Notes under the pieces: generated by a model
Told to the model about the DNA's origin: nothing
The model's database searches: none
What the model saw: the letters and a program-made list of their open reading frames with translations, nothing else
Translations under genes and position numbers: made by a program
Shown here: in pieces, positions 38,374 to 46,122 of the stretch
How the letters are laid out: every line of letters starts with the position of its first letter
How positions within the stretch are numbered: position 1 is the first letter of the stretch
NCBI GenBank assembly: GCA_032718475.1
Contig: JAUCBJ010001773.1
Coordinates: 1-46,122 of the forward strand
DNA: 46,122 nt
DNA from: Nemertoderma westbladi
Lineage: Eukaryota; Animalia; Xenacoelomorpha
Direction: 5' to 3'

Positions 38374-41184
38374 AGTTTTGGTCTGTAACTTTTTGGAGAT
38401 ACTGGATTTTGGTCTGTAACTTTTTGGAGATACTGAGTTTTGGTCTGTAACTTTTTGGAGATACTGGGTTTTGGTCTGTAACTTTTTGGAGATACTGGGT
38501 TTTGGTCTGTAACTTTTTGGAGATACTGGGTTTTGGTCTGTAACTTTTTGGAGATACTGGGTTTTGGTCTGTAACTTTTTGGAGATACTGAGTTTTGGTC
38601 TGTAACTTTTTGGAGATACTGGGTTTTGGTCTGTAACTTTTTGGAGATACTGGGTTTTGGTCTGTAACTTTTTGGAGATACGGGGTTTTGGTCTGTAACT
38701 TTTTGGAGATACTGGGTTTTGGTCTGTAACTTTTTGGAGATACTGGGTTTTGGTCTGTAACTTTTTGGAGATACTGGGTTTTGGTCTGTAACTTTTTGGA
38801 GATACTGGGTTTTGGTGTGAAACTTTTTGGAGATACTGGGTTTTGGTCTGTAACTTTTTGGAGATACTGGGTTTTGGTATGAAACTTTTTGGAGATACTG
38901 GGTTTTAGTAGGTAACTTTTTGGAGATACTGGGTTTTGGTCTGTAACTTTTTGGAGATACTGGGTTTAGGTCTGTAACTTTTTGGAGATACTGAGTTTTG
39001 GTCTGTAATTTTTTGGAGATACTGGGTTTTGGTCTGTAACTTTTTGGAGATACTGGGTTTTGGTCTGTAACTTTTTGGAGATACTGGGTTTTGGTGTGAA
39101 ACTTTTTGGAGATACTGGGTTTTGGTCTGTAACTTTTTGGAGATACTGGGTTTTGGTCTGTAACTTTTTGGAGATACTGGGTTTTGGTCTGTAACTTTTT
39201 GGAGATACGGGGTTTTGGTCTGTAACTTTTTGGAGATACTGGGTTTTGGTCTGTAACTTTTTGGAGATACTGGGTTTTGGTCTGTAACTTTTTGGAGATA
39301 CTGGGTTTTGGTCTGTAACTTTTTGGAGATACTGGGTTTTGGTGTGAAACTTTTTGGAGATACTGGGTTTTGGTCTGTAACTTTTTGGAGATACTGGGTT
39401 TTGGTATGAAACTTTTTGGAGATACTGGGTTTTAGTAGGTAACTTTTTGGAGATACTGGGTTTTGGTCTGTAACTTTTTGGAGATACTGGGTTTAGGTCT
39501 GTAACTTTTTGGAGATACTGAGTTTTGGTCTGTAATTTTTTGGAGATACTGGGTTTTGGTCTGTAACTTTTTGGAGATACTGGGTTTTGGTCTGTAACTT
39601 TTTGGAGATACTGGGTTGTGGTCTGTAACTTTTTGGAGATACTGGGTTTTGGTCTGTAACTTTTTGGAGATACTGGGTTTTGGTCTGTAACTTTTTGGAG
39701 ATAATGGGTTGTGGTCTGTAACTTTTTGGAGATACTGGGTTTTGGTATGAAACTTTTTGGAGATACTGGGTTTTGGTCTGCAACTTTTTGGAGATACTGG
39801 GTTTTGGTCTGTAACTTTTTGGAGATACTGAGTTTTGGTCTGTAACTTTTTGGAGATACTGGGTTTTGGTATGAAACTTTTTGGAGATACTGGGTTTTGG
39901 TCTGCAACTTTTTGGAGATACTGGGTTTTGGTCTGTAACTTTTTGGAGATACTGAGTTTTGGTCTGTAACTTTTTGGAGATACTGGGTTTTGGTCTGTAA
40001 CTTTTTGGAGATACTGAGTTTTGATCTGTATCTTTTTGGAGATACTGGGTTTTGGTCTGTAACTTTTTGGAGATACTGGGTTTTGGTCTGTAACTTTTTG
40101 GAGATACTGGGTTTTGGTCTGTAACTTTTTGGAGATACTGGGTTTTGGTCTGTAACTTTTTGGAGATACTGGGTTTTGGTGTGAAACTTTTTGGAGATAC
40201 TAGGTTTTGGTCTGTAACTTTTTGGAGATACTGGGTTTTGGTATGAAACTTTTTGGAGATACTGGGTTTTAGTAGGCAACTTTTTGGAGATACTGGGTTT
40301 TGGTCTGTAACTTTTTGGAGATACTGGGTTTCGGTCTGTAACTTTTTGGAGATACTGAGTTTTGGTCTGTAATTTATTGGAGATACTGGGTTTTGGTCTG
40401 TAACTTTTTGGAGATACTGGGTTTTGGTCTGTAACTTTTTGGAGATACTGGGTTTTGGTCTGTAACTTTTTGGAGATACTGGGTTGTGGTCTGTAACTTT
40501 TTGGAGATACTGGGTTTTGGTATGAAACTTTTTGGAGATACTGGGTTTTGGTCTGCAACTTTTTGGAGATACTGGGTTTTGGTATGAAACTTTTTGGAGA
40601 TACTGGGTTTTTGTTTGTAACTTTTTAGAGATACTGGGTTTTGGTCTGTAACTTTTTGGAGATACTGGGTTTTGGTCTGTAACTTTTTGGAGATACTGGG
40701 TTTTGGTCTGTAACTTTTTGGAGATACTGGGTTTTGGTCTGTAACTTTTTGGAGATACAGGGTTTTGGTCTGTACTTTTTGGAGATACTGGGTTTTGGTC
40801 TGTAACTTTTTGGAGATACTGGGTTTTGGTCTGTAACTTTTTGGAGATACTGGGTTTTGGTCTGTAACTTTTTGGAGATACTGGGTTTTGGTGTGTAACT
40901 TTTTGGAGATACTGGGTTTTGGTCTATAACTTTTTGGAAATACTGGGTTTTGGTCTATAACTTTTTGGAGATACTGGGTTTTGGTCTGTAACATTTTGGA
41001 GATGCTGGGTTTTGGTATGTAACTTTTTGGAGATCCTGGGTTTTGGTCTATAACTTTTTGGAGATACTGGGTTTTGGTCTGTAACTTTTAGAAGAGACTG
41101 GGTTTTGGTCTGTAAGTTTTTGGAGATACTGGGTTTTGGTCTGTAACTTTTTGGAGATACTGAGTTTTGGTATGTAACTTTTTG
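38374..41184. repeat. 31-bp satellite (GGTTTTGGTCTGTAACTTTTTGGAGATACTG), ~90 units
   Basis: Period 31 confirmed between 38461 and 38492; contains a 527-bp (17-unit) internal duplication. Confidence 0.98.
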
Positions 41185-41933
41185 ACTGAACCTGGTTTTG
41201 TATTTATTATTTACAAAAAAAATCAAGGGGACCTTTGTTTCACAAATAATTCAAGCCTTTTATTACCAATAATTATCGAGAAACGACAAAGACTGTTTAT
41301 TATAATTATCAACTACCGGTACAAGTACACAATTCGGTCGTGATTTCCTGTTACCCCCCCCCCCCCCCCCCCCCCCGGCGCACTAGTGATTCCCGTTAAC
41401 CCCCCCCCCCCCCCCATCCCAATAAATTGTTTCAGTGCAATTGCAATTACATTGCGATTGTTTTTAAATAATTACGTTATTATCCATAGTCCAGTAACCC
41501 TGTACCGTGTTTGTGTATAATATATGATATCTGGTAAAGTGAAACATATATTTAGGCCTAACAGTATCCATCTCCATCAAAATGGTTAGAGAATCATTAC
41601 TATTATTGTTTATTGTTCAAAATATGGATGGGGTCGGGTGGGGGGAATAATCTAAGGACTGGCAGACACTAGGCCTACATCATGAATACACACGGCTCAC
41701 ATATTATTGTACAAATTAGGGGGGGGGGGGGGCAGTCTACACTACGGACGGGCAGTCTAAAATTAATGTAAATAGACACTGACGGTAAACCAACGAAAGG
41801 AACCCCGGTACAAAGGCAATATCATGTAAAACCGGCGATTTACATCGATGCGGATGGCCCCAAATATAAGACAAGATTTAGATATACAACCAAAATTGGA
41901 AATGAACTGCGATACACTTTAACGGAACCTCCC

Positions 41934-42180
41934 CCGCTTTGCAGGACATTGCTTTCTCCGTGAGGACCAGCATGTACGCAATTTAGTGCATCGGCAGACC
42001 CATGGAGTGAATATTCAGGTGGACAGCACATGACTTTCTTTAGACGCATCTTAAAGGACACTGGCCTTGAAGATGCGGATGATCTAGCAAATGTCATGGG
42101 TGATACGGAGTTGTGGCGGCACAATTTTTTCAATAAGCCGACACAACAACTCAATGTGCAGCTGCAATGCGGCAGGCCGA
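41934..42180 (+). mobile_element. Diverged 3' fragment of RTE-type LINE family A
   Basis: Encodes RRILKDTGLEDADDLANVMGD; homologous to the 15692 and 20858 copies in the opposite orientation. Confidence 0.88.
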
Positions 42181-42257
42181 AATCAACTGCAGAGATAAAT
42201 GCCATTGGGTTGGTTCTACTCTACATTAAGTATAACCAGGAAACAACGCAGACTCAC

Positions 42258-42411
42258 CTTGTTTCACTTTATCGTAATCAACAACGTCCATGTCTATTGT
42301 AGGTTCGTCAATAATAACATCGGTATTGTAGATAAAAACCACAGAATCGTTGGGCAGAGTAACACTGTGTGTTGGTATCGTAGGGGGTAAATAGTCAGGG
42401 GGTAATTCGTT
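42258..42411 (-). CDS. PLAT-repeat gene, exon 4
   Basis: TATTTCTAG acceptor, CAAG|GTGAGT donor, 154 nt, phase 0 to 1. Encodes NELPPDYLPPTIPTHSVTLPNDSVVFIYNTDVIIDEPTIDMDVVDYDKVKQ and supplies the phase change the model needs. Confidence 0.78.
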
Positions 42412-42530
42412 CTAGAAATAATAAGTATTTGGTTGGGTGGAGATTTATGTACCAACGAGCGCAGCGAGGTATGATTATATAAATTTTCGAGATCAATTAA
42501 TTATGCCCTTTTCATAATAATGAACAATGA

Positions 42531-43417
42531 ACATTACTATTTGTAATTGTGCTGGATTACGCAATGAGTACGGCCACAAAGGGTGAAGATCTGGGATTCA
42601 CACTTCAAGAACGCAGAATTAGTAGATATCCGGCAACTACAGTCACAGACACCGACTTTGCGGATGACATCGCCCTGCTCTCTAATACCCTTGCAGATGC
42701 ACAGCTTCTACTAAATAAAGTGGAGAGGGCTGCTAAGGAGGTTGGATTGCATATAAATGCTACCAAGACCGAATTCATGACCTTTAATGTTGATGGAAAC
42801 TTGACAACCATTGATAATAATCAACTAAGGAAGGTCGACGACTTCCAGTACCTTGGATCATGGATAGAGAGTAGCAAAAAGGACATAGAACTAGAAGTTA
42901 GGAAAGCAAAGGCTTGGGTAGCTCTATCAAAAATGGATACCATCTGGAAATCAGATCTCTCCAGGCACCTGAAGACTAAGTTCTTTCGAGCCACAGTGGA
43001 AAGTGTATTTTTATACGGGGGTGAGACCTGGACACTGACTAAATCACTTGAACAACGAATTGGTGGTTGCTACACAAGACTACTAAGGGCAGCCCTAAAC
43101 ATCAGCTGGAGACAACACATGACAAACGCCGAGCTTTATGGTAGAACACCACCTGTATCAACCACCCTCCGTGAACGCAGATTAAGATTCAGTGGGCACT
43201 GCTGGCGAAGTAAAGACGAGGTCATACCAGATCTACTTCTCTGGCAACCGACTCATGGAAAGCGTAGTCGTGGACGACCGGCCATAACATATATAGATCA
43301 ACTTGAAAGGGATACTGAACTTAGGAGAAACGAAATTGCGACAACTATGGAGAATCGGGAAGCCTGGAAGGATCTCATTTCCACTCCGAGTTCGCTCGAC
43401 CTAGTAGTAATAGTAAT
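42531..43417 (+). mobile_element. 5'-truncated RTE-type LINE, family B (RT C-half)
   Basis: ORF 42549..43457 carries DTDFADDIALL, FQYLGS, RLRFSGHCWR and RGRP; TAGTAGTAATAG tail. Confidence 0.93.
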
Positions 43418-43510
43418 TATTACACGCGTCATATGTAGTTATGATAAGTTACTATAATATTAATATAAGATGTTTATAAATAATAATATCCCTACAAATA
43501 TATCTACAAC

Positions 43511-43744
43511 CTCATTGCCGTCGCCCATCCCAGAGTCGCTTCTTGGTTTCAAGTCATCTAACATATCGATATCATCAGCACCTTTATAAGTGACTTTAGT
43601 TGGGACCAACACATCGTCTACAACAACTGAAGGGCCACTGGTCACCCTGGCCTTGGCGCTGGCTGGTCTCTTCCGTCTGGTGCAGGGCGAGGGGGAGGGA
43701 ATGGGGGAGGGGACCTTGACGCCTCTTGTCGTCGTTATTGTTAT
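43511..43744 (-). CDS. PLAT-repeat gene, exon 3 (donor uncertain: 43511 or 43496)
   Basis: TTTCAG acceptor, phase 0. Encodes ITITTTRGVKVPSPIPSPSPCTRRKRPASAKARVTSGPSVVVDD..GMGDGNE. Both candidate donors are weak but in phase 0. Confidence 0.7.
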
Positions 43745-43886
43745 CTGAAATCAACCGAGTTCAGTATAAACTTTGTTGTCCCGTTGTAATTAAACAACCA
43801 TTTTATTTGATATTAAATAATAAATATTAAATTATCTAGCTTCATACCACATCGATTAAATTATTCTAAGAGACCGACAACCTCAC

Positions 43887-44366
43887 CTCGTGTTTGCTCT
43901 TCCCACTTCCATCTCCTCCATGGACCTCAGTAACTTTCGTCTCCACGACTCTGGTAATATCCCGATCTTTCGACGTGGTTGTCGTTGTGGTCACCGTGGT
44001 CCCTGTCTTGTAGGCCGTCAGTACGAGCTCTTCATCCCCGTCGTCGATGTAAGACAACTCCTTGAGGTTGATCTCCTTCGGGGGCGGCGGGGGCGCGTCG
44101 GTGGTGTCAGACGGTCGCCCGGTCTCCTGGGTTGGGTGGTAGGACAGGAGGTTGACCACCGGGGGTGATTCCAACACAGCTGGCGATTCTTCCACCACCA
44201 TCCGCTGGGTGTCGTCGATACCTTCGACGGAGTGACTTCGTTTCGAGAAGTCCAGAGCCGAAGCTCGTTTCGGTTTAGTGGATCCCGTATTCCGAGGAAG
44301 AGTCCAACTCTTCTTCGTCGACGACTTCCGCTTCTTTCTCCTCTTCTTAGGTGAACTTCCCCCGCT
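43887..44366 (-). CDS. PLAT-repeat gene, exon 2 (basic and Pro/Thr-rich disordered region)
   Basis: TATTACTAG acceptor, GAG|GTGAGG donor, 480 nt open, GC-rich. Encodes SGGSSPKKRRKKRKSSTKKSWTLPR..KSKHE. Confidence 0.8.
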
Positions 44367-44635
44367 CTAGTAATATAAGAGGAAGATTAATAGCCCCACC
44401 CACACCAGAAACGAACCAATAAGAGTCCACCACAGTTACTTTAAACCTTTAAGCCAATTACTTGTTTTCTTGATCGCTGTGTCACATTTTTTAACATATG
44501 ACACAAGTCCTGAAGCAAATTGCTAAATAAAAACAAATGCTACTCAAATCCCACTAATTACAGTATAGTAGTGTGATTTTTACTTGCAGTATTTCACGAC
44601 TCGCCCCCATCTATGTAGCGTTACTGACATACTAT

Positions 44636-44984
44636 TGTTTATAATACATTTATTATAGGAAGAGATCTAGGGGTCTTAACCTCGAATGATAAGTTTATTT
44701 TACCGAAAATTGCTTATCTTTGGTCCCAGGTTCGAATCCGACACCACACTGATGAGACTCAGTAAGGTCGAAACGCCTACGTAGTTTGGAGAGATATGAG
44801 ATATTAATTTCCATAAAAATTACGCGATTCCTAAATTTGTACACTACCCGGTTAAAAAGTACGCATGTGATGGGATTAGTCCTACAATTGCGCCAATAAA
44901 AGATAAGTTATTTTCTGTAAAATAAACTTATCATTGGAGGTTAAGACCCCTAGATCTCATCCTATAAATACATGTATTATAACA
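44636..44984. mobile_element. MITE-like element with ~85-bp imperfect inverted arms
   Basis: 44636-44721 is the near reverse complement of 44899-44984 (GAGATCTAGGGGTCTTAACCTC / GAGGTTAAGACCCCTAGATCTC). Confidence 0.75.
44741..44789 (+). ncRNA. Hammerhead-ribozyme-like motif (type I minimal, possibly degenerate)
   Basis: CTGATGA (44749-55), stem II GACT-cagtaa-GGTC, GAAA, stem III ACG-ccta-CGT, then triplet GTA. Stem I pairs poorly. Confidence 0.55.
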
Positions 44985-45585
44985 AACACCTCGAAAAACA
45001 CACCTTGCCAACACATTTTTAATACTATTGTTTATGGCTCGCCCCCCCATCCACAGGGACTGATACACGGCCATTAAGCATAACTCATTGGCAACGCCTT
45101 CTCCTTATTTGTAGCATTGCACTATAAATCACTCTCGGTTGGTTACACACACCAGCTTTTAAATAAGTCACCCTTAACAATAATTATATTATTATCTACA
45201 GTATTACCGGTATCATATATCACCATCCCGTTGCATCTACAGTACTGATAGGCCTTATTAAATATATTTAAAACGACAATATTTGTTTACAATGTTTGAT
45301 ATATGTTTTAACCAGGGTGTAACTCTGTAAACGCTATGCCGACAGCCGGTATGAACTTTTTAAGGCAGTAAAGGGAAAGGAGCAGGTTGCATAGGCAACT
45401 TATTCTAACCAAAACAATGAAAGAGAGACAGGAGCAGAAGAGCGCAGGTTCCATCTTTATTTTTGTTCTTCAATATCGATTTTCTGATGTGGATATTGGT
45501 TGTCTGCTGAGGTGGTCGGTGTAGCGTTTAGACCCGATATACCCGTACGAAGAATCCCATACCTTCACCCTACTTACTTACTTAC

Positions 45586-45630
45586 CTTATCAGGGTCACC
45601 TGATCGCTTCTTACTCAACAAATTTCCCAT
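45586..45630 (-). CDS. PLAT-repeat gene, putative first coding exon (MGNLLSKKRSGDPDK)
   Basis: GAAATGG start context, AAG|GTAAGT donor in phase 0, upstream acceptor TTCTGTTAG (exon start 45651). In phase with exon 2. Confidence 0.7.
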
Positions 45631-46122
45631 TTCCTTTGCAAAGGAAACCGTCTAACAGAAAACCGCCTATACCGATAATGACTACTGTACGAATTTAGTA
45701 GGCCTATAAAATAATATTACAAGAATAAATACAAAGCAATGAAATATTTACAATTCGATGCACATTGCTTTTGATATTACCGCTGGTATTCTAATGATTT
45801 ACCGCGCAAGCTATTCCATTTATCTAGTCTTTAAGCTATAGCTACAAAGGTAGGCCTACATTACTGCACCAAAGTTTGCTTGTTTGTTGTAACATGTTGC
45901 AGTTAATGCACGCGAATACATCCCGTCACACTGCCTGTTTTCATTAGGAAGACATTACTATACTCAATGTAGGCCTATGCCTAATCACAGTAATTACCGG
46001 TACAATAGAGGTAATTTGTTTCAGTTTACATGACAACCGGTACGATTTTTTTCTGTAGGGTATGGTTTTGTTTGTGCCTATGAATTCAAATTTCCCACCT
46101 ACACCTTCATTATTGTAAGATA

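Noticed and set aside
38966-41226. 530-aa and related Lys-rich repeat ORFs as genes
   Set aside because: The unit length of 31 is not a multiple of 3, all frames give the same peptide, and the starts are non-ATG. This is a satellite artefact.
45400-45570. Possible extra exon just downstream of exon 1
   Set aside because: There are short open frames on the minus strand, but each ends in a stop and I found no convincing acceptor/donor pair.
2495-45630. Assigning the gene symbol LOXHD1
   Set aside because: Tandem PLAT repeats are LOXHD1-like, but orthology cannot be shown without a search and the architecture differs.

Overview
AT-rich, repeat-dense animal (probably bilaterian invertebrate) genomic DNA. 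One large minus-strand gene spans almost the whole window. I could chain 12 phase-compatible GT-AG exons from a start at 45630 (MGNLLSKKR..., an N-myristoylation-like start) through a basic, Pro/Thr-rich disordered region into 3.5 tandem PLAT/LH2 domains (LOXHD1-like). The domains are separated by long acidic, poly-Ser linkers; about 1,426 codons lie in the window and the gene is 3'-incomplete. The introns hold RTE-type LINE fragments, tRNA-derived SINEs, a piggyBac-type and a Mutator/foldback-type non-autonomous transposon, Helentron/HINE-like elements and several satellites. The most unusual observations are: (1) a ~12.8 kb 16-bp satellite whose unit is the gene's own 5' splice-site sequence (GTRAGTGAGTGTCTGT), starting exactly at a predicted donor; (2) nine CTCF-like motifs spaced at ~146 bp; (3) a hammerhead-ribozyme-like core behind a tRNA B-box inside an inverted repeat; (4) near-identical PLAT exons amid unrelated flanks. 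Bases 5-57 are a head-to-head SMART/PacBio ultra-low-input adapter pair, a library artefact. All exon and family calls were made by eye, without database searches.
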